Positions 11,523-19,735 of a DNA stretch of 64,000 bases are shown here, in pieces. Within the stretch, counting starts at the first letter, position 1. Each line of letters begins with the position of its first letter. Below the pieces are notes generated by a model. The model had not been told where the DNA came from, did not search any database, and was given only the letters and a program-made list of their open reading frames with translations. The stretch is from Thermodesulfobacteriota bacterium (GTDB taxonomy: Bacteria; Desulfobacterota; Binatia; UBA9968; JAJDTQ01), in assembly GCA_965116735.1 (NCBI GenBank), contig OZ220712.1:4866534-4930533 (forward strand), in the 5' to 3' direction. The translations under genes and the position numbers were made by a program.

Positions 11523-11726
11523 TCACTGCTTCTTCCGGACCACCTCGTAGCCCAGCTCGTCGATGCCGGACAGGATCTCCGCCAGGGCCGTCTCGTCCTC
11601 CACCCACGCGTGGCCGAGCCGGACCTTCACGGCGTAGTAGTAGCCGAAGGGACGCTGCGCCTTGCGGAACTTGAACAGTTCCCGGGCCAGGTTGACGGGA
11701 TTGGGCTTGTGCTCGTCCTTGCCCAT
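11523..11726 (-). CDS. small conserved-looking hypothetical protein (67 aa)
   Basis: The ORF has natural amino-acid composition (MGKDEHKPNPVNLARELFKFRKAQRPFGYYYAVK..). It sits 4 nt downstream of the HdrB-like gene and 37 nt upstream of sdhC. Confidence 0.4.
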   Translation of the reverse strand: MGKDEHKPNPVNLARELFKFRKAQRPFGYYYAVKVRLGHAWVEDETALAEILSGIDELGYEVVRKKQ

Positions 11727-11729
11727 CCT

Positions 11730-12608
11730 CTAAGTGAGCATGTCGATCTTGTCGTTGACCGCCTTGGTGGACACGATGTGCCGGCTGAGCTGCATCTCGT
11801 CGGGGTCGAACCCCAGCGCCAGCCCCACGAGCTGCGGCAGATGGATGATCGGCAAGTCGATCTTCTCACCCTTCTGGCTCTCGGCTCTCGGCTGGTTGCC
11901 GTCGAGGTTCAGATGGCACAGCGGACAGGGGGTCACCATGCAGTCGGCGCCGTTGCCCTTTGACTCGCCGGCGTGCTTGGACACCATGCCCAGCGACGCC
12001 TCCTCGTTGGCGGTGAGGATCGGGAAGCCGCAGCACTTGGTCTTGCCGCTGATGTCGACGTTCTCCGCCCCCAGGATGCGGGTGAGGTCCTCCAGGTAGG
12101 TCCGGCGGCCGCCCACCTCCTTGGTGGGCACCATGATGTTGCCGGGCCGGCGTATGAAGCAGCCGTAGAACGGCGAGACCTTGAGGCCGTTCAGGGGACG
12201 CTCGATCAGTGCCTGGAGCTTCTCGATGCCGTAGTCCTCGAACAGGACCCACAGCATGTGCGTGACCTCGGTGGTGCCCTGGTACGAAAGTCCTTCCTCG
12301 GCCAGGTACTCGCGGTTGATCTCTTCCCGGTACTCGGGGTCTTGCAGCCGGTGGTTGGCCTGGCTGAAGACGCCCTGGCAGGTGCTGCAGATGGTCATGA
12401 TGGGAAGCCCCATCTGCTCCGCCTTGGCGAAGGTCCGCGCGTTGATGGGGTCCGACAGTTGCGTCGGCATGCAGCCGGCTCCGGTGCACGACACGTCGGT
12501 CATCTCCTCGAGCTCGATGTCGAGCTTCTCGGCCACCTTGACGGCCGCGGAGTAGAGCTCGGGACAGCCGCCCTTGGCCACACATCCGGGATAGAACGCG
12601 TATTTCAC
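11730..12608 (-). CDS. HdrB-like CCG-domain protein (SdhE/TfrB C-terminal-like subunit)
   Basis: The 292-aa product has two CCG cysteine-rich domains (YPGCV..GGC..., FYGCF...KCCGF...TPCPLCHLN). Its GTG start at 12608 forms a GTGA overlap with the upstream Fe-S gene, and ggaggag is an RBS. Confidence 0.75.
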   Translation of the reverse strand: MKYAFYPGCVAKGGCPELYSAAVKVAEKLDIELEEMTDVSCTGAGCMPTQLSDPINARTFAKAEQMGLPIMTICSTCQGVFSQANHRLQDPEYREEINREYLAEEGLSYQGTTEVTHMLWVLFEDYGIEKLQALIERPLNGLKVSPFYGCFIRRPGNIMVPTKEVGGRRTYLEDLTRILGAENVDISGKTKCCGFPILTANEEASLGMVSKHAGESKGNGADCMVTPCPLCHLNLDGNQPRAESQKGEKIDLPIIHLPQLVGLALGFDPDEMQLSRHIVSTKAVNDKIDMLT

Positions 12609-13561
12609 TTGGACTCCTCCGCTTTCTCGATAATGCGCTTGATCTGGTCGGCCCCCGGGCGTTTCTCGTGACGGCCGGGCATCTTCCCGCGCCGCAGCGC
12701 GCGCACCGCGGTGGGCAGAAGCTTCATCAGTCCCCCCACGTTGGTCAACCCTTCGGTCTCCATGACCAGCTTGCGCTCGTCGAGCCAGCCGGTCTGCTTC
12801 ACCGAGTTGATGAAGCTCGCGTGGTGCCGGCCGACCTTCTCGTTCTTGATGCCTTCCTTGAAGGACACGTCGCGCATTTCCATGATCTTGGTGGAGGGAG
12901 TCAGCCTGCGCGGGCACTTGCCGTCGGCCTCGTAGCAGTGGACGCAATCCCAAAGCCCCTGGGGCTGCTCCACCACCTTCATGCGGGCGTCCATCTGGGC
13001 GCCGCTCTCCCGCGGGTCCATCACGAAGCGGTAGCTCTTGACCATGGCGCCGGGCCCCAGGAAGTCGAAGTTCACCGGCAGCACCGCGCACCCTTCGTCG
13101 CACAGGCCGCACTGGTAGCAGCTCATGGTCTTGCGCACGTCCGCCATGTCCTTCTCGGACACGATGTTCTCGGTGGGCGCGAACTCCTCGTCGGGCTCCA
13201 TCCAGGGCTTTACGGCGGCCATCTTGTCCCAGGTGAAGGCGTCCATGTCGAACACCAGGTCCTTGATCACCGCGATGTTGCGCACCGGGTCCAACTGGAC
13301 CTCCGGGGCCTTCTTGGTGACGTCGCCGATCCGGGTGGTGCAGGTGAACTGGGCCTTGTAGTTGATGCGCACCGCGCACTCGCCGCAGGTGCCCTGGCAG
13401 CAGGAGGCGCGGAAGGCCAGGGAGTCGTCCTGCTCGTCCCGGATCTTCTGGAGCCCGTCCAGGACCGTGGCGTCCTCGGGCAAGTCGACTTGGTAGGTGG
13501 CGTAGCCCGACTCGCCGCCGTTCTCCGGGTCCTTGCGATTGATCTTGTAGGTGACTTCCAT
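12605..13561 (-). CDS. fumarate reductase/succinate dehydrogenase-like iron-sulfur subunit with C-terminal extension
   Basis: 2Fe-2S motif CCQGTCGEC plus CYQCGLCDEGC and CVHCYEADGKCP cluster motifs. The 318-aa length is longer than canonical SdhB. Confidence 0.8.
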   Translation of the reverse strand: MEVTYKINRKDPENGGESGYATYQVDLPEDATVLDGLQKIRDEQDDSLAFRASCCQGTCGECAVRINYKAQFTCTTRIGDVTKKAPEVQLDPVRNIAVIKDLVFDMDAFTWDKMAAVKPWMEPDEEFAPTENIVSEKDMADVRKTMSCYQCGLCDEGCAVLPVNFDFLGPGAMVKSYRFVMDPRESGAQMDARMKVVEQPQGLWDCVHCYEADGKCPRRLTPSTKIMEMRDVSFKEGIKNEKVGRHHASFINSVKQTGWLDERKLVMETEGLTNVGGLMKLLPTAVRALRRGKMPGRHEKRPGADQIKRIIEKAEESK

Positions 13562-13627
13562 GAGTCCTCCTTGGCCGGCGCCTCCCGCCCTTGTCCGCGC
13601 GCGGACGTGCGGGCGTGGTGCCCGCCG

Positions 13628-15238
13628 TTACGCCGATACCGGCCGGGTATCGAGCTTCGGCGAGCCGTCCTGCGAGCGCACCACGGTGTGCGCCTTCCAG
13701 TTCGAATCGTCCTTCTCCGGATGGTCGCTTCTGAGATGGGCGCCGCGGCTCTCGGCGCGGCCCCGGGCCGCCAGCGCCGTGGCCTCCGCCAGCTTGAGGA
13801 GGTTCCCCAGCTCGACATGGCCGGCCAGCGCATAGTTGTAGATCCGCGACTTGTTGTTGACGCGAAGCGCGGCGTGGCGCTGTTGCAGCGCGCGGATCTT
13901 GTCCTGGGCCTCGGCCAGCCCCGCGTCCGTGCGGGTCACTCCGAGGTTGGCGCTCATCAGCTCGCCCAGTTCGCGATGGATGGTGCCCATGGTGTCGCCG
14001 GAGGAGCCTCCGGAGGTGATCTCCGCCAGCCGTTCGTTGTCCCGCGCGGCGGAGCCGGCCGCCTCCCTGGCGCCCGCCGCCTTGGCGTGACCGGCCGCGG
14101 CTTCGCCCACCCGCTTGCCGAACACCACCGCTTCGGTGAGGGTGTTGCCCGGAAGCCGTCCGGCGCCGTTGAGCCCGTTGTGGGCGCACTCGCCGACCGC
14201 GTAGAGCCCGGCCACCGAGGTCTCGCCGGCCGCGTTGGTCTCGATGCCGCCCATGGGCCGGTGCGCCACCGGCTGAACCGGAACCGGGTTCTGGGACGCG
14301 TCGATGCCGGCCATGGATTTGACCACCTCCAGCGCCCCGGGAAAGCGCGACGCCAGATCCGCTACCGGGCGGAGGTCGAGTGACACCGGCCCGCCGCCGT
14401 TGTGGCCTGCCTTGTGGACCGCCGCCGCGAGCTGCGCCCTGGAGAGTCCCGCGACATCCACCACCGTGTCGCCCGACTCGTTGACGAGTTGCGCGCCTTC
14501 GCTCAGGGCCGCCTCGCTGACGAGCGCCGTCCGGTCCGCGCTGTACACCGTGGGATGGAACTGCACCATCTCCAGGTCCACCAGCCCGACGCCCAGGTCG
14601 TAGGCCAGCATGAGGCCGTCGCCGGTGGTGCCCACGGCCGAGGTGCACGGACGGTACAACTGGGTGGCGCCGCCGGTGGCGAGGACCACCGCCCCGGCCG
14701 CGAAGGTTTCGAGCTGGCCGCTCCGGTGCCCCAGGGCCACCGCTCCGGTGCACGCCCCGCCGTCCTGGATCAGAGACGTGACGAACCATTCGCTGAAACA
14801 GGGGATGTCCTCTCTCTGGAATTGCTCGTGCAGCACATGGAGCACCATGTGTCCGGTGCGGTCGTCGGCGTAGGCCGCGCGGCTGACGCTGCTGGAGCCC
14901 AGCGCGCGTCGGTCGATACGGCCGTCGGCATCGCGGTTGAAGGGCACGCCGACGCGCTCGAGCCAGATCACCTCCCGGGCCGCGTCCGAGGCCAGGATGT
15001 TCACGGCTTCGGTGTCGCACAGGCCGTCGCCGGCGCTTCTGATATCCTGGGCGAATTTTTCCGCGGAGTCGTCGCTGCCCAGGGGCGCATTCAGGCCGCC
15101 CGGCGACAGCGCCGAGTTGGTTCGCAGCGGATGGACCTTGCTCAGCACCGCCACCGACGCCCCGGCGCGCTTGGCGGCAATGGCCGCGCGCAGACCGGAT
15201 GCGCCTCCACCGATAACGAGAACGTCAAATTGCGGCAC
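13628..15238 (-). CDS. fumarate reductase/succinate dehydrogenase/L-aspartate-oxidase-family flavoprotein (non-covalent FAD)
   Basis: DVLVIGGGASGLRAA, HRPMGG and ESRGAHLRSDHP motifs. It lacks the His used for covalent FAD attachment (LRTNSALSPGG). Confidence 0.8.
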   Translation of the reverse strand: MPQFDVLVIGGGASGLRAAIAAKRAGASVAVLSKVHPLRTNSALSPGGLNAPLGSDDSAEKFAQDIRSAGDGLCDTEAVNILASDAAREVIWLERVGVPFNRDADGRIDRRALGSSSVSRAAYADDRTGHMVLHVLHEQFQREDIPCFSEWFVTSLIQDGGACTGAVALGHRSGQLETFAAGAVVLATGGATQLYRPCTSAVGTTGDGLMLAYDLGVGLVDLEMVQFHPTVYSADRTALVSEAALSEGAQLVNESGDTVVDVAGLSRAQLAAAVHKAGHNGGGPVSLDLRPVADLASRFPGALEVVKSMAGIDASQNPVPVQPVAHRPMGGIETNAAGETSVAGLYAVGECAHNGLNGAGRLPGNTLTEAVVFGKRVGEAAAGHAKAAGAREAAGSAARDNERLAEITSGGSSGDTMGTIHRELGELMSANLGVTRTDAGLAEAQDKIRALQQRHAALRVNNKSRIYNYALAGHVELGNLLKLAEATALAARGRAESRGAHLRSDHPEKDDSNWKAHTVVRSQDGSPKLDTRPVSA

Positions 15239-15396
15239 TGGGGATCCCCTTTTCTTTGGCGAGAGGAACGCAAATTCCTTGCGTTTTCACGGGGTATAGC
15301 AAAACCCGCTCGGACGCGTCAAGGTGGGTTTTTCAAGCGTGATGCACGCCTCTCCGACGGGTGACAACCAGGGTGTGACGGAGTCCGATCCGGCGA

Positions 15397-15422
15397 TGTA
15401 GGGGCGGGTTTCAAACCCGCCC
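15397..15422. repeat. REP-like element family 1, inverted-orientation copy
   Basis: tgtaggggcgggtttcaaacccgccc is the exact reverse complement of the 6377 copy. It lies in the divergent region between the sdh-like cluster and udg. Confidence 0.75.
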
Positions 15423-15475
15423 GCGTCGCGTCCACGCACCGCTGTCGCGGCCTTCGCGGCTTCCGGGCCGGTGGC

Positions 15476-16198
15476 GTGCAGGCGGCCGATGCGCTATGCC
15501 GGAAGGCCATGGAACGGGACTCCCTGGCGCGCGTCAACCGGGCGGCAATCCGCTGCCGAAAGTGCCCCCGGCTGGTGGCTTGGCGGGCCGAAACCGCCGC
15601 CAATCCGCCGCGCCGCTATCATGGCTACAAGTACTGGGGCCGGCCGCTTCCCGGCTTCGGCGACGGCGACGCGAGGCTCCTGATCGTGGGTCTGGCGCCC
15701 GCCGCTCACGGCGGCAACCGCACCGGCCGGATGTTCACCGGAGACCGCAGCGGCGACTGGCTCTACCGCGCGCTCTACGAGCACGGCTTCGCCAACCAGG
15801 CCGAGTCCGTGGACCGCGACGACGGCCTGGAACTCACCGACTGCTACATCTCCGCCGCGGTCCGCTGCGCGCCCCCCGCCAACAAGCCCGCCCGCGACGA
15901 GTTCGACAACTGTCGCGGCTACCTGGTCCGCGACCTCCGGCTGCTCCCGCGTCTACGGGTGGTTCTCGCGCTGGGCAAGATCGCCTTCGACTCCTACCTC
16001 AAGGCTGCGGCCGAGGCAGGGCAACCGATCCCCCGGCCCCGCCCGCAATTCGGCCACGGCATCCGCCACGACCTCGACAACGGCTTGACCCTTCTGGGCT
16101 CCTACCACCCCAGCCAGCAGAACACCTTCACCGGCAAGCTCACTGTGCCCATGTTCCACGACATCTTTCGCACGGCCCGGGAACTTCTGGACGGCTAG
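15476..16198 (+). CDS. uracil-DNA glycosylase, family 4/5 (UdgB-like)
   Basis: Cys-rich N-terminus (CRKCPRL) and GLAPAAHGGNRTGRMFTGD motif A. HPS..N motif B is near the C-terminus. Confidence 0.75.
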   Translation: MQAADALCRKAMERDSLARVNRAAIRCRKCPRLVAWRAETAANPPRRYHGYKYWGRPLPGFGDGDARLLIVGLAPAAHGGNRTGRMFTGDRSGDWLYRALYEHGFANQAESVDRDDGLELTDCYISAAVRCAPPANKPARDEFDNCRGYLVRDLRLLPRLRVVLALGKIAFDSYLKAAAEAGQPIPRPRPQFGHGIRHDLDNGLTLLGSYHPSQQNTFTGKLTVPMFHDIFRTARELLDG

Positions 16199-16298
16199 GG
16201 TACGATGTCGGGCTCGACCGGAGGATGCAGGAGAGCAAAAAGGGAGGCCGAAGGTGTCGTTTGCGGCGAATATGGCATTTATGTTAGATGAGTAAGCA

Positions 16299-16769
16299 TT
16301 GTCGTTGCCAATGGGAAATCGAGTCATGAAGGACGGAGAGACTAGGTTCGCGAGCGGCCGGGATGCAGTTCTTGCCGACCAGATCGGCAGGAAACTGGCA
16401 GAGTTGCCGGATGGGACTGAGCCGGTTCCGGTTCGATTTGGTGCGGCCGGCGAGGAAACGGTCGAGATTCCTGCCCAAGCGCTACGGCTTCTGCGGGAGA
16501 TTCTGGACCAGATGGCGCGTGGCAATACAGTTGCGTTGACACCGGTTCAGACCGAGTTGACCACACGGCAGGCGGCCGATCTCCTGCAGGTTTCGAGGAC
16601 GTTCCTGGTACGGCTGCTCGACGAGGGACGAATCCCATGCCGTAAGGTCGGCTCACATCGGCGTGTGCGGACCGAAGACATTCTCGCCTATCGTCGGGAT
16701 ACGGAATCTCGTCGTCGTGATGCGCTGGACGAGTTGACTGCCCAGGATCAGAGACTCGGCTTACAATAG
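16299..16769 (+). CDS. HTH_17 / excisionase-family DNA-binding protein (putative antitoxin)
   Basis: The C-terminal LTTRQAADLLQVSRTFLVRLLDEGRIPCRKVGSHRRV is a MerR/excisionase-type HTH. It lies 3 nt upstream of the PIN gene, in the low-GC island. Confidence 0.65.
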   Translation: MSLPMGNRVMKDGETRFASGRDAVLADQIGRKLAELPDGTEPVPVRFGAAGEETVEIPAQALRLLREILDQMARGNTVALTPVQTELTTRQAADLLQVSRTFLVRLLDEGRIPCRKVGSHRRVRTEDILAYRRDTESRRRDALDELTAQDQRLGLQ

Positions 16770-16772
16770 CCG

Positions 16773-17342
16773 ATGAACCGATTGACGGCGTTTCTCGACG
16801 CCAACGTCCTGTATCCCGCTGGCCTTCGAGACTTTCTCCTGCGGCTGGCGGATCAATACTTGTACCAACCGCTTTGGAGCGTCGCGATTCATGAAGAATG
16901 GATCGCCAACCTTCTCGCCGACCGGCCCGATCTCACAGTCGACAGGCTGGAGCGTACCCGTACAATCATGGACGAGCACTTTCCCGAGGCGGTCGTTTCC
17001 GGTTACGAAACTCTCATCGCGGAACTCGACCTCCCTGACGTCCGCGACCGTCATGTTCTGGCGGCGGCGATCCACGGTTGCGCCAGCGTAATCGTGACCT
17101 TCAACCTGCGGGATTTTCCCGCAGGCCGACTGGCGCCACATGGGCTAGACGCACAACATCCCGATGACTTCATTGGCCGTCTTCTCGAATCTCAGCCCGA
17201 AGCGGTTCTTGCTGCCGTCCGCGGCCATCGTGCCGCATTGAGGAACCCTCCGCGGTCATCGATAGAACATCTGGCTGCGCTTGAGGGACTGGGGCTCGGT
17301 CGAACGGCCTCAGTTCTCTGGAATCACAAGGATGTCATCTAG
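16773..17342 (+). CDS. PIN-domain protein (putative VapC-like toxin)
   Basis: Acidic PIN residues occur in LDANVLY, DRHVLAAAI and TFNLRDF. The gene is paired with the upstream HTH gene. Confidence 0.7.
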   Translation: MNRLTAFLDANVLYPAGLRDFLLRLADQYLYQPLWSVAIHEEWIANLLADRPDLTVDRLERTRTIMDEHFPEAVVSGYETLIAELDLPDVRDRHVLAAAIHGCASVIVTFNLRDFPAGRLAPHGLDAQHPDDFIGRLLESQPEAVLAAVRGHRAALRNPPRSSIEHLAALEGLGLGRTASVLWNHKDVI

Positions 17343-18531
17343 CGTTCAATCAGCGGACAGTGATGCAGGCGTTTCCTGCGTCTTGGACGTCTACCCCGAA
17401 GACACGTTGGATTACCTTGAAGAGGCTGTTTCTGCGGGACGTCATTTCTCATATGCGATTCCCTACGTTGCCGGCCAAACGATCAAGAAGCAACTCTGCC
17501 TGATTCAGGTGATCGGGTACGAATACATCGAGCGCCGGGTGTGGGGCTCACTTTACGCTTGTATCGCCGATTCTGGGCGCAGAGTTACAACGGCCCAACG
17601 TCATCTCACGCTGACCAACTTCGTCCGGGTCTCGGACGTTTCCTACAAGCAGTTGATGGAAAATATCCCGGAGAGCTCTGCTGAACACCTTCTTCGCGAC
17701 TTCGGGGTTGATTTCCGAACCCTTCCAGCGAAAACGGGTCAACAGGTATGGCGTGCTCTCAAAGACCTCAGCGGAAAGAGGGCTGAATTGGAGGAACTCG
17801 AAGTTCACACCCGCCGAATCAATCTCAATCCAGCCACGGAGCGGGCAGAAACGTTGGCCGCCGAGAAGGATGCCACTGGCCTTAGTCTAGAAATCGCCGG
17901 ATTCAAGAGAAGCAATATCCTTAGGAGTTGGGCACCTCAAGCCGGCAGGATTGGCGATTCCTTTCTTCGTGGATTGCCGCAGTACCGGACCTATGAGGAC
18001 AGCGCTATTGCACGCGATCAGCATGCCTTTCCGGGATGGGAGCTTATCCAGCACGAAGTCACCGGCATCGCCGAATTCAGCGATGACCAAAATAGGAGAC
18101 TGACCATTATCAATGCTAATCGAAATGACCTCGAAAAGGCACTCGGTGTCGACCTGATATATTTTCATCGTGGATTTGAGGCATTCACGTTTGTTCAGTA
18201 CAAGATGATGGACCGAAAAACCAAAGATGGTGAACCTTATCACAACCCAAGGTCACGCCAGGACTACAAAGAGCTCCAGAGAATGCGTCGCCTATGGCAC
18301 GGCGTCAGGAAGTCCAACGTCGGGGACTCGGAGCAGGACTATCGTCTTGGTCTTTGTCCGATCTTTTTCAAACTCTGTAGGCGAATTGTCCTTGAGCCGG
18401 ACGAAGGAGGGATCATCAGCGGGGCCTATGTTCCGCTGGACCAGTGGCAGAAACTGGTGATTTCGCCGAAAATCAAAGGCCCCACGGGGGGCGTCGTCTC
18501 GGGCATTTCAATCTCGAAGGCCGGTACCTGA
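17332..18531 (+). CDS. hypothetical protein with PD-(D/E)xK-like motif; probable frameshifted 3' end
   Basis: The 399-aa ORF overlaps the PIN gene stop by 11 nt, and GC is about 52%. The C-terminal region GVDLIYFHRGFEAFTFVQYK resembles a restriction-endonuclease-fold core. The reading frame appears to continue in a second frame (18444-18692) after a G6 run. Confidence 0.5.
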   Translation: MSSSVQSADSDAGVSCVLDVYPEDTLDYLEEAVSAGRHFSYAIPYVAGQTIKKQLCLIQVIGYEYIERRVWGSLYACIADSGRRVTTAQRHLTLTNFVRVSDVSYKQLMENIPESSAEHLLRDFGVDFRTLPAKTGQQVWRALKDLSGKRAELEELEVHTRRINLNPATERAETLAAEKDATGLSLEIAGFKRSNILRSWAPQAGRIGDSFLRGLPQYRTYEDSAIARDQHAFPGWELIQHEVTGIAEFSDDQNRRLTIINANRNDLEKALGVDLIYFHRGFEAFTFVQYKMMDRKTKDGEPYHNPRSRQDYKELQRMRRLWHGVRKSNVGDSEQDYRLGLCPIFFKLCRRIVLEPDEGGIISGAYVPLDQWQKLVISPKIKGPTGGVVSGISISKAGT

Positions 18532-18692
18532 CGACGACGGCATTCGTCGAACTCGTGCAACGGGGCTTGGTCGGCACAAAGACTCTAGACACCCAATTTG
18601 TAGCGGACATTGTGGAAAGACTGGTTGCCGAGGACCACTCCGTGATTTACGCAGTAGAACAACTAAGGAGCAGAGCCACGCGACGAAGTTGA
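18444..18692 (+). other. frame-shifted continuation (or overlapping small ORF) of the 399-aa hypothetical gene
   Basis: The frame has protein-like composition (FNLEGRYLTTTAFVELVQRGLVGTKTLDTQFVADIVERLVAEDHSVIYAVEQL). Adding one G to the G6 run at 18486-18491 would fuse it to the upstream ORF. Confidence 0.35.
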
Positions 18693-18797
18693 GGCACCCA
18701 CCGGCCGGGCGAAGTCGCGCGGATCCTTCGCCATGGGACGATGGGCGGGCTTCTGCTTCTTCTCGGGCTTTGGCATCGGCTCTCCTCTCATTGCTTC

Positions 18798-19127
18798 TTA
18801 GAGGGTGCCCTTGAAAATTTCGAGAGCTACTGCCTTTAGGACATCCATGGTCCAATTCCCTCCGTGCTGCGCGATTCGATCCTTCACCCTTGTCCACAGC
18901 CGATCATCGCGAACCGAATCAAGGAAGTCGTGGCCTTCGTTCGTAATCCGGAATGCGGTTTCTTTGACGGCGTGTAGAAGGCCCGCATCACACAGAAGTT
19001 GAACATGCTGCCAGCGTTTCTGGGCGACGGCGTCCATCCCAAGGGTGAGTCGTTCCACCACGAGGAAGGACGGTTCCGCCTCGTATTCAAGGAGGATTGT
19101 CCTCATGTAGTCAAGGTCGCGCTTCAT
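18798..19127 (-). CDS. DUF2513-like hypothetical protein
   Basis: The 109-aa product (MKRDLDYMRTILLEYEAE...NEGHDFLDSVRDDRLWTRVKDRI) lies 60 nt downstream of the XRE-type gene in the low-GC island. Confidence 0.45.
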   Translation of the reverse strand: MKRDLDYMRTILLEYEAEPSFLVVERLTLGMDAVAQKRWQHVQLLCDAGLLHAVKETAFRITNEGHDFLDSVRDDRLWTRVKDRIAQHGGNWTMDVLKAVALEIFKGTL

Positions 19128-19186
19128 ATCGTCATATCTGTCATGTCAGTGACTGCCTCAAGATCGTGCCATGAACCGCGCGCGGC

Positions 19187-19585
19187 TCAGATCAGATCAT
19201 CAAGCTCAACATCTAACGCTGTGGCGATAGAGGAGAGTGTTTTCGCCGACCCGGTTCGTTTGCCCGTCTCAATTTGCGAAAGGTACACGTGATTGATGCC
19301 TGCGGCCTCAGCGAGCTGCTTCTGGGTCAGGCGACGATAGTCCCGGTATACCCTGATGGGATTTTCCCCCGCCAACAGACGATCCACCACCGTGGCGGGA
19401 AACGACTCGCTTCCGGCAGACTTCGCGAGGTCGTAGAGTTCTTCGTCCGTCATTGCGCCTTCGTCGTCCATGGAAGCTAGTCGTTTGTACTCTCCCCACG
19501 GGATCACTGCGTATGCCGGCTTCCCGTTCTTGTCGACAATGACTTGGGGCTTGCTCACGGGGTTCTCCCTGGGCGCGTGTAGCAT
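19187..19585 (-). CDS. XRE-family HTH protein with N-terminal antitoxin-like domain
   Basis: The N-terminus QVIVDKNGKPAYAVIPWGEYKRL is antitoxin-like. The C-terminus LTQKQLAEAAGINHVYLSQIETGKR is an XRE HTH. Confidence 0.65.
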   Translation of the reverse strand: MLHAPRENPVSKPQVIVDKNGKPAYAVIPWGEYKRLASMDDEGAMTDEELYDLAKSAGSESFPATVVDRLLAGENPIRVYRDYRRLTQKQLAEAAGINHVYLSQIETGKRTGSAKTLSSIATALDVELDDLI

Positions 19586-19735
19586 TCAATCATCGAAATC
19601 GCGAGTGCTATACTTCATTTAGCGGGTTATATAGCAAAACGCTTTCATCGCGTCGAGCCGGTTCCAAGGCGGCGGGGTTGACTTGCTGTAGCCAATCGAC
19701 TACGCATTAGGCTTCATCCGTACTGGAGAGACGAA

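Noticed and set aside
11730-15020. 1096-aa ORF on the minus strand
   Set aside because: Only its last 292 codons (the HdrB-like CCG protein) are real. The remainder is an open alternative frame running antisense or out of frame through the Fe-S and flavoprotein genes, with Arg/Gly/Pro-rich composition typical of high-GC artefacts.
13628-15238. Interpreting the upstream flavoprotein as stand-alone L-aspartate oxidase (NadB)
   Set aside because: It is followed, at operon spacing, by an SdhB-like Fe-S subunit gene and a CCG-domain gene translationally coupled to each other. A complex-forming Frd/Sdh/Tfr-like role is more likely. Phylogeny is still needed.
18508-18897. 129-aa minus-strand ORF overlapping the 3' end of the island gene
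   Set aside because: It has Arg/Ser/Pro-rich composition and overlaps a better-supported plus-strand frame. It is likely spurious.
15290-19640. Shared 11-mer tatagcaaaac at about 15293 and about 19630 as a possible island boundary repeat
   Set aside because: Hundreds of chance 11-mer matches are expected within 64 kb. There is no extended similarity around either copy.
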